Assembly (NCBI GenBank): GCA_016432625.1
Contig: CP066697.1
Location: forward strand, 392,409-456,408
Length of the DNA stretch: 64,000 nucleotides
Origin: Candidatus Berkelbacteria bacterium
Lineage (GTDB): Bacteria; Patescibacteriota; UBA1384; 2-12-FULL-50-11
Direction of reading: 5' to 3'
The notes beneath the pieces are model-generated. The model made no database searches. It was not told where the DNA came from and saw nothing but the letters and a program-made list of their open reading frames with translations. Of this stretch, positions 19,176 through 28,294 are shown piece by piece. Position 1 is the stretch's first letter; each line of letters starts with the position of its first letter. The translations under genes were made by a program, and so were the position numbers.

Positions 19176-19421
19176 ATGGCACGCAAAGGCGAACGAAAAT
19201 TGTTTTTGTTTGGTAGATACTCCTTGGCCCTCCTACTACCTAAACGCTGGCTTACAGAGCTTGGTGCCAAAGCAGGTACGATCGTCTCACTAGAAATGGA
19301 CAGGGCGCGTAAACGAATTGTCGTGCGCTTTGGCGCGGAGCAACCAAGTATAAAATCGAGGAAGTCAGCAGATCATAAAAGTAGCGACGAACCAGACTGG
19401 GAACCGATCAAGGAACTTTGA
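19176..19421 (+). CDS. AbrB/MazE/SpoVT-type DNA-binding protein
   Basis: RKL...G.YSLALLLPK.W..ELG...G..V. Confidence 0.8.
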   Translation: MARKGERKLFLFGRYSLALLLPKRWLTELGAKAGTIVSLEMDRARKRIVVRFGAEQPSIKSRKSADHKSSDEPDWEPIKEL

Positions 19422-19475
19422 GACTCACGACAACTTTCCCTAGGGACATTAAGTCCCGGCGGGTATACTGAATCC

Positions 19476-20000
19476 ATGGCACGCGACATGGATTTTCGAA
19501 GACCAACGCGGTCGGTGGTAAATACTGCCCCCACCACACACGGAAAAAAACCTCGCCGCACGACGTGGCCAATGCTGATGCTAGTGGTCGGGCTCGGCCT
19601 TGCTGCCGTTGGTCTTTTTGCTAGTTATTACAACAGCTCCTCCGACTCCGTTAAGCCGACGACTACAACGGACACACCCGTAACCTCGGATGAACCTAGC
19701 GGTAATTCAGCCGATGTATTTTCAAATAAAAATACTGCTTTCGAAGTCAAGATCTACGACTCGGGTGCCGGCGACGAAGCGGTAGACTCTACCACGGCAC
19801 TACTAACTGAAAAAGGATACACGGTTAAAAAGCTGGGCAAATCACAGTTTGTTTACGACAAGACTTACATTTGGCACATTCAAACTAGGCTGTCCGAGGC
19901 TCAAACAATCGGCGCTTTATTGCAGGGTAGGGAAGTCAGTTATAAAGAATCGCAGAACTCAGGTGGCTTCGAATTGTTAATTTACCTGGGCAAACAATAG
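19476..20000 (+). CDS. Membrane protein with LytR C-terminal-like domain
   Basis: TM helix, V.IYDSGAG...L..KGY, terminal LIYLG. Confidence 0.75.
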   Translation: MARDMDFRRPTRSVVNTAPTTHGKKPRRTTWPMLMLVVGLGLAAVGLFASYYNSSSDSVKPTTTTDTPVTSDEPSGNSADVFSNKNTAFEVKIYDSGAGDEAVDSTTALLTEKGYTVKKLGKSQFVYDKTYIWHIQTRLSEAQTIGALLQGREVSYKESQNSGGFELLIYLGKQ

Positions 20001-20022
20001 CTTTTTAAGGTAAACTGAATAC

Positions 20023-20145
20023 ATGTTAGGTCTAACTCCACCAACAAGTTACGCCAACCAACGAGTCGGCGTTTTCACTGCGAGCAAACCTTCGCGAGAA
20101 GAAAAACGCTGCAACGAGTCAAGAGGGAATAAATGCTCGGTTTGA
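20023..20145 (+). CDS. Leaderless 40-aa upstream ORF duplicating the NYN N-terminus
   Basis: TAAACT-6nt-ATG; first 18 codons encode MLGLTPPTSYANQRVGVF; stop overlaps the NYN start. Confidence 0.55.
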   Translation: MLGLTPPTSYANQRVGVFTASKPSREEKRCNESRGNKCSV

Positions 20146-20660
20146 CACCTCCGACAAGTTACGCGAATCAACGCGTCGGCGTTTTTATCGATATCCAGAA
20201 CATGTACTACAGCGCCCGGGCGATGTATGACAGCCACGTCAACTTCGGCAAAATACTTGAGCACGCCGTTAACAAGAGGCAACTTATTCGCGCTATTGCT
20301 TACGTCGTTCGTTCAGACGCGCCGAAGGAGCAAACTTTCTTTGACGCTTTGGAGAAAGTCGGCCTAGAGATCCGTTCTAAAGACATCCAGATTTTTCCCG
20401 GTGGTGAAAAGAAAGGCGACTGGGACGTTGGCGTTGCCGTTGATGCAATTAAAATTGCTGACCGTCTCGACGTGGTTGTTTTGGTCACCGGCGACGGAGA
20501 TTTCTTACCGCTGGTCACATATCTCAAGGAGAATAAAGGGTGCCGCGTTGAAGGCATCGCGTTCGGTCGTAGTACTTCTTCCCGGCTAATCGAGGCTCTC
20601 GATCACTTTTACGACCTGGACGCAAACGCTAAAGATTATTTGATCAAAACGAAACACTAA
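20133..20660 (+). CDS. NYN domain protein (LabA/DUF88)
   Basis: VFIDIQN, KGDWDVGVAVD, VTGDGDF. Confidence 0.92.
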   Translation: MLGLTPPTSYANQRVGVFIDIQNMYYSARAMYDSHVNFGKILEHAVNKRQLIRAIAYVVRSDAPKEQTFFDALEKVGLEIRSKDIQIFPGGEKKGDWDVGVAVDAIKIADRLDVVVLVTGDGDFLPLVTYLKENKGCRVEGIAFGRSTSSRLIEALDHFYDLDANAKDYLIKTKH

Positions 20661-20677
20661 AAAATGCGGGGGGACAG

Positions 20678-21400
20678 ATGCTTAAGGCACGAGAATTAAC
20701 TGTTTTTGATAAGGCGATTCCTGTTCTCACGAACATAAACTTAGAGATAAAACGTGGCGAAGTAGCGGCGTTTATCGGCCCAAACAACGCTGGCAAGTCG
20801 GCACTTCTTCGGGCACTAGCCGGTGGTTTCGAGCACTACGACGGAGAAATTCGAGTTGGCAGCTACTCTTTGAAGAACAGTGAGAAGGCAAAAACGCAGC
20901 TCGGCTACCTGTCATCTCCAGTTGCCTTCGAGAACTATTTGACTGGACTCGAATGGCTGGAAGTAGTAAGCGCCGCTTATCATTTAGCGCCGCCTAAACG
21001 AATCGAGGCAATTCTAAATTTGGCCGATAAGTTGAACTGCAAAGATAGTCTTTACACCATCTTAGATAGCGCTGATGAGTCAACTAAACAAAAGGTTGGA
21101 CTGATCGCCTCGCTCTTGCATCAGCCGTCAGTTGTACTCTGGGACGAGCCAATAAACAGCCTTGATCCAACGTCCCAACAGGAGGTTTCCGAGTTGGCGC
21201 GGCGGGTGTCGAGTGATGGCGCTGCCGTTTTAATTGCCACCAACAACTTGCCTTGGGCCGAGCGTGTTGCCGAGAGATTTTTCATTATGGATCAGGGTGA
21301 AATTCTATCTGACGGCACTTTATCGCAGCTAAAAAGCCTTTCCCGTGCTGAAGATCGAGATTTATTGACAATTTATAACAGCGTTCTACATGGGCAGTGA
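20678..21400 (+). CDS. ABC transporter ATP-binding protein (degenerate signature)
   Basis: GPNNAGKS Walker A, WDEP Walker B. Confidence 0.88.
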   Translation: MLKARELTVFDKAIPVLTNINLEIKRGEVAAFIGPNNAGKSALLRALAGGFEHYDGEIRVGSYSLKNSEKAKTQLGYLSSPVAFENYLTGLEWLEVVSAAYHLAPPKRIEAILNLADKLNCKDSLYTILDSADESTKQKVGLIASLLHQPSVVLWDEPINSLDPTSQQEVSELARRVSSDGAAVLIATNNLPWAERVAERFFIMDQGEILSDGTLSQLKSLSRAEDRDLLTIYNSVLHGQ

Positions 21401-22775
21401 GAAGATCTTGTGGCGCCTGCACGCTCGTCGGTTTCTACGGAGTTTCAACGAAGAGCCTTTCCCTAGGTTTGTTCTACTTATACTGGTAGCTGCAGCGGCA
21501 GCATTGGTAATGGCGGGATTTTACTATATCGGTGCTTCGGCCGTGGGAGAGGGCAGCACCGCCTTCTTGAGCGTTAACCTGGCGCTACTAATAACGATCG
21601 GCTTCTTTGTTGGTATTACGCCTCTAAGAACCTCGATGGCCATAACGCAGCTCCCTATTAGTCGCCGAGCAATTCAGTGGGACGGCATTATCGGATTGAT
21701 GCGGCTGCCTTTAGTAATCACTTTAGTAATGACAGTCCCATTTTATGTCGGCAGGTCCTCAAACGGTTATTACTCTTTTGTGGAAATTTTACTGTTAATT
21801 TTAAGTATCCTGGTGGTGGCGTTGTCGTGTTATATCGCTGCGAACAGCGCCTCTCAGCTACTAAAAGCCTTAACACACAACAGTTTCGTTCGTTTTATGG
21901 CGATGATAAGTGTTCTAATCCTGATGTTGGAGTTTTTTTCCAGGTCGAACCAAGCCGTGAGCGCCTTAGAGCGGACTTTCAACTCGATTAGCTCGGGGGA
22001 AGCTTTGCTCGTCATACTGGCTTCGGTTGGAATAATCGGCGCTGCTGTTACGGCAATTGAAGCTAGCGAACCAGTAATTACCAAACATCGTCGTTCGCCA
22101 TTTTGGAGTCTTATGACCCACCATCGAAACTTTAACAATATTCCTAGTCTAGGTGAGTCCGTATTTATTAGAGAACTGCTATTTTTCCTTAGAAACGTTA
22201 CAACCCATTTAATAATCGCCGTGATTCTTGTGTTGTTTCTACTCACCCAGGCTTTGGGCGCTAGCTTGTTTAACTCCCCTGTGCTTGGATTCTTGATCTT
22301 GGGTGTGGCGTTAGGTTTGATTAGCTACTTCGTCAGTTTTCCTAGTGGTAGGAGGTTCTATGCGTCAGGGGTGAGGCTATCTCACTTGCCACTTAATCGT
22401 CGGCAGACCTACTGGGGCAGTTTCGCTGCAAGCGGCTTAATTACCGTCCTTCTGGGAGGCGTATTGGCACAACTGGCACTAGAGCAGCTAGAAATGGCTG
22501 GGCCGCTAACTCTGCTCGTACTTGTCTCAATACCGCTGTCACTGCATTGTTTGGCCTTTAACTCTGGAGTAAGAGTCGGAGACCGCAACGACGAACTGAC
22601 ACTACTCGACGAAGGGTTAGGGATAATTCTTATTTTTGCATCGATCGCGTTTGCGCTTGTGTTATTTAGCTTCCTTAACGGCGCTAAGCCCTCAGAAGCC
22701 ATCGCTATCAGTGTCGTTTGGGCGCTAGTTTACTCCTTCGGCGGGTTACTTTTGCTTAAAAACTCTCGAGCTTAA
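21390..22775 (+). CDS. Multi-pass membrane protein, putative ABC permease
   Basis: Many hydrophobic helices; overlaps the ATPase gene. Confidence 0.75.
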   Translation: MGSEKILWRLHARRFLRSFNEEPFPRFVLLILVAAAAALVMAGFYYIGASAVGEGSTAFLSVNLALLITIGFFVGITPLRTSMAITQLPISRRAIQWDGIIGLMRLPLVITLVMTVPFYVGRSSNGYYSFVEILLLILSILVVALSCYIAANSASQLLKALTHNSFVRFMAMISVLILMLEFFSRSNQAVSALERTFNSISSGEALLVILASVGIIGAAVTAIEASEPVITKHRRSPFWSLMTHHRNFNNIPSLGESVFIRELLFFLRNVTTHLIIAVILVLFLLTQALGASLFNSPVLGFLILGVALGLISYFVSFPSGRRFYASGVRLSHLPLNRRQTYWGSFAASGLITVLLGGVLAQLALEQLEMAGPLTLLVLVSIPLSLHCLAFNSGVRVGDRNDELTLLDEGLGIILIFASIAFALVLFSFLNGAKPSEAIAISVVWALVYSFGGLLLLKNSRA

Positions 22776-22801
22776 GGGTAGGCTTAGCTACAATTAAGAT
22801 A

Positions 22802-22867
22802 ATGAGAATAGTTATTTGGCTAATTATCGCCTTGTTTATTATTAGCTCTGTCATCATCTTCTTCTAA
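22802..22867 (+). CDS. 21-aa hydrophobic small protein
   Basis: MRIVIWLIIALFIISSVIIFF; TAATG overlap with cca. Confidence 0.55.
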   Translation: MRIVIWLIIALFIISSVIIFF

Positions 22868-24234
22868 TGATTAGCGCCCCAGTGTGGCTCGGGGAATTGA
22901 TTAAGGCATTTCATAGTAAAGGCCATACTGCTTATGTAGTTGGTGGGGCTGTTCGTGACGAGTTGCTCGATAAGACGGTTCAGGAATGGGACATCGCGAC
23001 CGACATGACCCCCGACGAGACCGAAAAATTGCTTCACGATATAAGAGCAAAGAGTATTGGCACCGTCGGTAAGCGCTTCGGCACAATCACGGCACAATTT
23101 CACGGTGAAACAGTAGAAATAACGACGTTCAGAACCGAGCAGTACGAGGTTTCCTCGCGCAAGCCCGAAACGAAATTTGGTAATGATCTCAAAGACGATT
23201 TATCGCGAAGAGATTTTACGATTAACGCTATAGCTTACGACCCAATTAAACTTGAGTTGATCGATCCATTTGGCGGCCAGGATGATCTGAAGAAAAAGAT
23301 TGTCCGCGCCGTTGGCAGCCCGAACCAGCGCTTCGGCGAAGATCCGCTCCGAATGCTTCGGGCAATACGCTTTGCCGCGCAGTTAGATTTCGAGATTGAA
23401 CCGGAAACAATGCAGGCGATCATCGATGAACGAGAGCACTTTGGTATCTTATCGGCAGAACGCATTAGCCAAGAAATCGATAAGATTCTTCTCAGCCCCC
23501 GACCTAGCTTGGGAATTACGCTTCTAGTTGAGAGTCGTCTGATTGAATATATCCTGCCCGAATTATTGCCATCGATTAATTTAGAGTTTGAGGCACACGA
23601 GCATAAGGATATTTACCACCATATTCTACAAGTACTCGATCAAACACCGCCTAAACTGCCCTTGCGCTGGTGCGCCCTACTACACGACATTGCTAAGCCG
23701 TTAACCCGGCAAAAAATTGACGGTGAATTTCACTTTTTGGGTCATGAGAATCTCGGCGGCAAAATGGCGCGTACAATTCTTACCCGTTTGAAATACCCTA
23801 ACGATTTCATTAAGTACCTGGTGCACATAGTACGTCAGCATCAACGTATTCCTGGCTACGACGGCGCTTGGTCCGATGGGGGAGTGCGACGTTTTGTCCG
23901 TGACGCCGGTGAGGCGCTAGACGACCTGTTTACCTTTGCCGAGGCCGACCAGAGCGGCAAGAACGAGAAAAAATTAGCGCTTTATCGCTCTCGACGCGCC
24001 GAACTAAAAGAACGGATCGACAAGCTCGAGAAAGAAGCCGAGATAGCCAAGATCAAAAGCCCGCTAGACGGTGCGGAACTTATGGAGATATTCAAGCGAC
24101 CTGCCGGGCCGTGGATTAAACCAATCAAAGAGCATCTACTTGCCCTCGTGTTGGACGGTAAGTTAGGCGAAAAAGACAAGAAAGAAGCAACAGATATAGC
24201 CCGTATGCTAATAAAAAACCTTTCCTCACAGTAG
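22867..24234 (+). CDS. cca: CCA tRNA nucleotidyltransferase with HD domain
   Basis: VGGAVRD, DIAT, DLSRRDFTINA, EDPLRMLRA, LLHDIAKP. Confidence 0.9.
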   Translation: MISAPVWLGELIKAFHSKGHTAYVVGGAVRDELLDKTVQEWDIATDMTPDETEKLLHDIRAKSIGTVGKRFGTITAQFHGETVEITTFRTEQYEVSSRKPETKFGNDLKDDLSRRDFTINAIAYDPIKLELIDPFGGQDDLKKKIVRAVGSPNQRFGEDPLRMLRAIRFAAQLDFEIEPETMQAIIDEREHFGILSAERISQEIDKILLSPRPSLGITLLVESRLIEYILPELLPSINLEFEAHEHKDIYHHILQVLDQTPPKLPLRWCALLHDIAKPLTRQKIDGEFHFLGHENLGGKMARTILTRLKYPNDFIKYLVHIVRQHQRIPGYDGAWSDGGVRRFVRDAGEALDDLFTFAEADQSGKNEKKLALYRSRRAELKERIDKLEKEAEIAKIKSPLDGAELMEIFKRPAGPWIKPIKEHLLALVLDGKLGEKDKKEATDIARMLIKNLSSQ

Positions 24235-24274
24235 GCTTGGCAGCACCTCGAGAATTCGTTACCCTACTAAAGAG

Positions 24275-25387
24275 ATGGAAGGGGATTTTGTTATTAAGCC
24301 GCCCGTTACTCCGCAGAAGTCGCCAAAGAGATTCAAGGCTTGGCTTGTTAGCCATAAAAAAATAGTGATTATCGCCGTAATTGCCCTGCTTGTTTTAGTG
24401 CTATCAGCTTTTACTTGGTTTGGACGAGACGAAGGACCGGTGGAGGCGTCTAAAGTTCAGCCCACCAGCGAGCCGAAAGAGCTTCCGAGTCTTATAAACG
24501 GTGTTGTTGTTGATAGGAGTATTTACAATCGCCACCCAGTGGCGGTGATGATCGAGAATTCGCCGGCGGCGCGGCCGCAAACAGGGCTGACAAGCGCTGA
24601 TGTTGTCTACGAGGCGGTCACCGAGGGCGGCATAACGCGTTTCATGGCGCTTTATTCTATTAACCTTCCGACAAAGGTTGGCCCCGTCCGTTCAGCTCGA
24701 AGCTACTTTATTGACTACCTGAGCGAATATGACGCCTTTTACGCTCACGCCGGCGGCTCCCCAACGGCCCTGTCGCGCATTGGGGAATATAAAATCAAAG
24801 ATTATCCCCATTCTAACGACGCTTACTGGCGAGAGCCACGTAAGGGCGTAGCAAGCGAGCACACATTGTTCGCTGACGTGTCGAAGATATTCAATTTGGG
24901 CGTCGAGAAAAAAGGCTGGAGCGCCACTGCGGATTTCAAGAGCTGGTTATTTAAAGACGCTTCCGCTACGCCTGCCCCGGCGGCGGCCGTAAATATTAAA
25001 TTCTCCTCAGCACAGTTCAATGTAGTGTGGAATTTCGATCCAGTTACCAAGCTCTATAGCCGATCGATGGGTGGGGCTGTCCACAAGGATGCCACTAGCG
25101 GCGAGCAAATCACCGCAGCGGCCGTTCTGGCTCTTAAGGTGTCGCATTCTGCCAATCCAGCCTACAAGGGCACTGGTAAGGAATCTGAATGGAATATGAG
25201 CACTATCGGCGAGGGCGAAGCTATGTTATTTCAAGACGGGACTGCCGTCAATGCGACGTGGAAAAAGCCCGCGCGAACTGAGAGAACACGTCTCTACGAC
25301 AAGGCCACCGGCGCTGAGCTTAAGATCAACCGCGGTCGGATTTGGGTTGAGATCGTGCCCCAAGAGGGTAGTTATAGTCAAGGCTAA
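24275..25387 (+). CDS. DUF3048 domain protein
   Basis: PVAVMIEN..AARPQ.GL..ADVVYE...EGGITR, GPVRSAR. Confidence 0.88.
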   Translation: MEGDFVIKPPVTPQKSPKRFKAWLVSHKKIVIIAVIALLVLVLSAFTWFGRDEGPVEASKVQPTSEPKELPSLINGVVVDRSIYNRHPVAVMIENSPAARPQTGLTSADVVYEAVTEGGITRFMALYSINLPTKVGPVRSARSYFIDYLSEYDAFYAHAGGSPTALSRIGEYKIKDYPHSNDAYWREPRKGVASEHTLFADVSKIFNLGVEKKGWSATADFKSWLFKDASATPAPAAAVNIKFSSAQFNVVWNFDPVTKLYSRSMGGAVHKDATSGEQITAAAVLALKVSHSANPAYKGTGKESEWNMSTIGEGEAMLFQDGTAVNATWKKPARTERTRLYDKATGAELKINRGRIWVEIVPQEGSYSQG

Positions 25388-25399
25388 AAGAACTGCACA

Positions 25400-25429
25400 C
25401 AAAAGGACCTCCTTGCGGAGGTCCTTTTG
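25400..25429. terminator. Bidirectional intrinsic terminator
   Basis: caaaaggacctcc-ttgc-ggaggtccttttg between convergent genes. Confidence 0.85.
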
Positions 25430-25442
25430 CTAACCAGTCGGC

Positions 25443-26171
25443 TTATAAGCCGGCCATTTTCAAGACCTGGTTTACATAGGTCGTTGAATGGTTGTAGGCG
25501 AACAGCGCTCGACGATAGTCACCACTTGAAGCACCGTTACGGGCTAAAAGCTTTGAGCTACCGTAGAGACAGTCGCGAGCATCGTTGATGTTCTTGACGC
25601 CGTCGCCGTTACCGTCCTCTTGATATGATCGCCAGGTGCCGGGCATAAACTGACACGGTCCACGAGCACCGACAGTGGAGCCGCCTTCGAAATACATTCG
25701 TTGGCCAGACTCAACTTTCCAAACCGCGAACAGAAGACTTGCAGGAATGCCGTATTTGGCAGCTGCTTGGCTTGCCAGGGCAAACTTGTCGTTATCTCCT
25801 AGTTCGGCCGGTTTAGACACCGTCGATTTAGACTGCGAGGCTTTTTTGGCCTCTCGCGCGACGCGAACACGGCGTTGATACTCAGATTCCTTAAGCTCAA
25901 TCTGGACAGTTTTAACCGGAACATCAACGACTTTGTCGTTAAGGGCCAAGGTTAACTCAGACTCAAATTGAACGATCTCCGTTACCGGAGTTGGAACTTC
26001 TGTTGAGTAGGCAGCGGTCACAGCACCGACTGGAATAACCAGAGGTATTGTTAACGCCATCAACATTACGTTCTTAGCGCGCTGCAGTTTTTTAACGTTC
26101 TTTCGTACGACTTTCTTAACCCTCCCTATTTGCCGCACCGATTGACGGTGAAGCTGGGTTAAGTTCATCAC
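25443..26171 (-). CDS. Lytic transglycosylase (SLT-like)
   Basis: AVWKVES, GARGPCQFMPGTW, ALFAYNHS..YV. Confidence 0.9.
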   Translation of the reverse strand: MMNLTQLHRQSVRQIGRVKKVVRKNVKKLQRAKNVMLMALTIPLVIPVGAVTAAYSTEVPTPVTEIVQFESELTLALNDKVVDVPVKTVQIELKESEYQRRVRVAREAKKASQSKSTVSKPAELGDNDKFALASQAAAKYGIPASLLFAVWKVESGQRMYFEGGSTVGARGPCQFMPGTWRSYQEDGNGDGVKNINDARDCLYGSSKLLARNGASSGDYRRALFAYNHSTTYVNQVLKMAGL

Positions 26172-26388
26172 TTCGTCCTAGCTACCCGAAAGCAACTAGA
26201 ACTTTTATTTTCACTCCTTTACTTATGCCCACTTGGGGCGTACCTCCGGGTTACGCCTTTGCGCCAGTTACCTGACTTCTTATCCTTAAATAGGATAATA
26301 AAAAGGCTTCCCACAGAAGCGTCAACTATGATAACAGGTGTGAGTTTTTCAGTCAACCCTTTAGGGCGGTATTTGCTACAATCAACGC

Positions 26389-26721
26389 ATGAACGATTGT
26401 TTGTTCTGCAAGATCATCCGCGAAGAGCTGGAGAGCAAAAAAGTGCTCGAAACTAGCCACTACGTGGCGTTCCACGATATTCACCCCAAAGCCCCAGTTC
26501 ATGTATTAATTGTCCCCAAGCGTCACGTCGAGCGACCGGAAGAGCTTCGTGCTGACGAGATCCACGATATGTTAGTTGGTAGCGAGGAAGTCGCCCAAAT
26601 CACAGGAGTCAAAGAATCGGGCTATCGTTTGTTATTCAATGTCGGCCAACACGCCGGACAAGAAATTGACCACGTTCATATGCACCTCATTGGTGGTACG
26701 GTTTCTAAAGCGTTGTATTAA
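26389..26721 (+). CDS. HIT family nucleotide-binding protein
   Basis: DCLFCKI, HVHMH histidine triad. Confidence 0.95.
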   Translation: MNDCLFCKIIREELESKKVLETSHYVAFHDIHPKAPVHVLIVPKRHVERPEELRADEIHDMLVGSEEVAQITGVKESGYRLLFNVGQHAGQEIDHVHMHLIGGTVSKALY

Positions 26722-26723
26722 GG

Positions 26724-26954
26724 AAAACCCCCCGCGGCCGCAGCGTTGGGGGGTGTCGTTTAATCCGTGATGTAGTCGCTCATGGCACGGTCCTGTGTAG
26801 AGCAACTCCCTTCGACACTCCGGGTGTGCCCAACCGCTTGAGGTGAGTTGGGGAACCTGTTCGAGTACTCTCGGATCTCCTACGAACATTGGTGGATCCA
26901 AAGTATCTTTAGCGCTCGGCCCAGTAGGGTATTGCTTCCTGCTTACCAAAGAAC
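26724..26954 (-). ncRNA. Candidate structured ncRNA B (~230 nt)
   Basis: TTGACT-17-TAGAGT (26989-26961), terminator 26724-26754, several hairpins. Confidence 0.55.
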
Positions 26955-27012
26955 ACGACAACTCTACCTTAAATCAGACAGAAAGTCAAGGTTCTAAGGG
27001 TGAAAAATGTAG

Positions 27013-27146
27013 TCGAAAAACCGCGAGCCATGCACCTGTGATGACAGGATCAGCGAGCGGTGTTTCCCCAGCCGCTGGGGCAGCGTGCAGGGGGTGGAGT
27101 GAAGAGGTAGGGGGACAGCTTCGCAACTCGGTCCCCCTACCTCTTC
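27013..27146 (+). repeat. Dispersed structured repeat, copy 1
   Basis: Shares TCGAAAAACCG..CGAG..CGGT.TTTC, GGGYAGCGTGCAGGG and a GCYTCGCAAYT-loop hairpin with 51724-51852. Confidence 0.75.
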
Positions 27147-27205
27147 AAAGAGTCCGAGGTTACGCTTAACTTAAAGCAAATTTATTGCTACAATAATTCC
27201 TACAT

Positions 27206-27427
27206 ATGGAAGATCGTTACGAGCGCCGTTCGCGCGGTGAAGGTTCATCAAGTGGCCCGATGTCTGTCGAAGTAATGCTTCGCCGCTTTTTCCGTGACGT
27301 CCAACAGTCGGAGATCATGACCGAGATCAAAAAACGCCGATTCTTCGAGAAGAAAACATCCCGCAATAAACGTCGCGCCGTTGCTCAAGTGCGCGCCGTC
27401 CGCCGCAAAACCAAACGCGGCTACTAA
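27206..27427 (+). CDS. rpsU: 30S ribosomal protein S21
   Basis: E.MLRRF.R.VQQS.I..E.KKRRFFEK, basic; precedes yqeY. Confidence 0.88.
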   Translation: MEDRYERRSRGEGSSSGPMSVEVMLRRFFRDVQQSEIMTEIKKRRFFEKKTSRNKRRAVAQVRAVRRKTKRGY

Positions 27428-27429
27428 CT

Positions 27430-27879
27430 ATGATCGAACGCATTGAAGCAGAACTGCTTGAAGCCATGAAGAGCGGGGATACATCTAAGCGCGAGACATT
27501 GCGCATGCTCAAATCTTCTTTGAAAAACGCCGAGATCGAAAAGGGGACTGAGCTTGGCGACGAAGAGGTTATTTCTGTTATTCAAAAGGAGGTTAAGCGA
27601 CGTAAAGAAGCCTTCCAGTCTTATCAGGACGCCGGCCGGCCAGAACAGGCCAAACTCGAAGAGGAAGAAGCGACGATTCTTGGCGCCTACTTGCCAGAAC
27701 AGATGTCGGAAAGTGATCTTCGAGCCTTGATAAGCGAGTACTTAGCTAAAAACCCTGTTGCCCCCAACGAAATCGGCAAAGCCATGGGAGCTTTGAGCGC
27801 TGAACTTAAGGGCAAGGCTGACATGGGCCTGGTTTCACGATTGGTTCGAGAACTTGTTACCGGTACCGGCACAGCGTAA
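27430..27879 (+). CDS. GatB/YqeY domain protein
   Basis: AMKSGD...LRMLKS, KEVKRRKE, YLPEQMS, GKAD. Confidence 0.93.
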   Translation: MIERIEAELLEAMKSGDTSKRETLRMLKSSLKNAEIEKGTELGDEEVISVIQKEVKRRKEAFQSYQDAGRPEQAKLEEEEATILGAYLPEQMSESDLRALISEYLAKNPVAPNEIGKAMGALSAELKGKADMGLVSRLVRELVTGTGTA

Positions 27880-27888
27880 GGTAAGCCC

Positions 27889-28254
27889 ATGGGGCAAGCA
27901 GCCGAGTTTACATTTACTAACGAGACCGGCGCTACTATCAACGAGGCAGAAATTCGAAACCATCTTCAGTTAATCTTGCGGCGATTAGATTACCCTGTTA
28001 AATTTAAAGCTGAAGTAGTATTTGTGGGGGACGAGAAAATAACAACGCTTAACGCCAAGTTTCGAGAACAAAATAACGCAACAGACGTTTTGAGTTTTGC
28101 TGATCCGGAAGGCTCAGAATCACTCGGTTCTATTGTGATCAGTCTCGAGACCGCAGATCGCCAGGCCAAAGAAGCCGCCGTACCGCTTGAAACAGAAGTC
28201 AAAACCCTCGCCGGCCATGGGCTGCTACATCTACTGGGTTACGATCATAAATAA
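27889..28254 (+). CDS. ybeY: rRNA maturation RNase YbeY
   Basis: TDVLSF, LGSIVIS, HGLLHLLGYDH. Confidence 0.95.
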   Translation: MGQAAEFTFTNETGATINEAEIRNHLQLILRRLDYPVKFKAEVVFVGDEKITTLNAKFREQNNATDVLSFADPEGSESLGSIVISLETADRQAKEAAVPLETEVKTLAGHGLLHLLGYDHK

Positions 28255-28294
28255 CCATGAAACGAGGGGGAATGCCTGAACAGGTAGGGGAGCG

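Noticed and set aside
26632-27169. 109-aa and 108-aa ORFs
   Set aside because: They cross promoter, terminator and repeat elements and lack protein-like features
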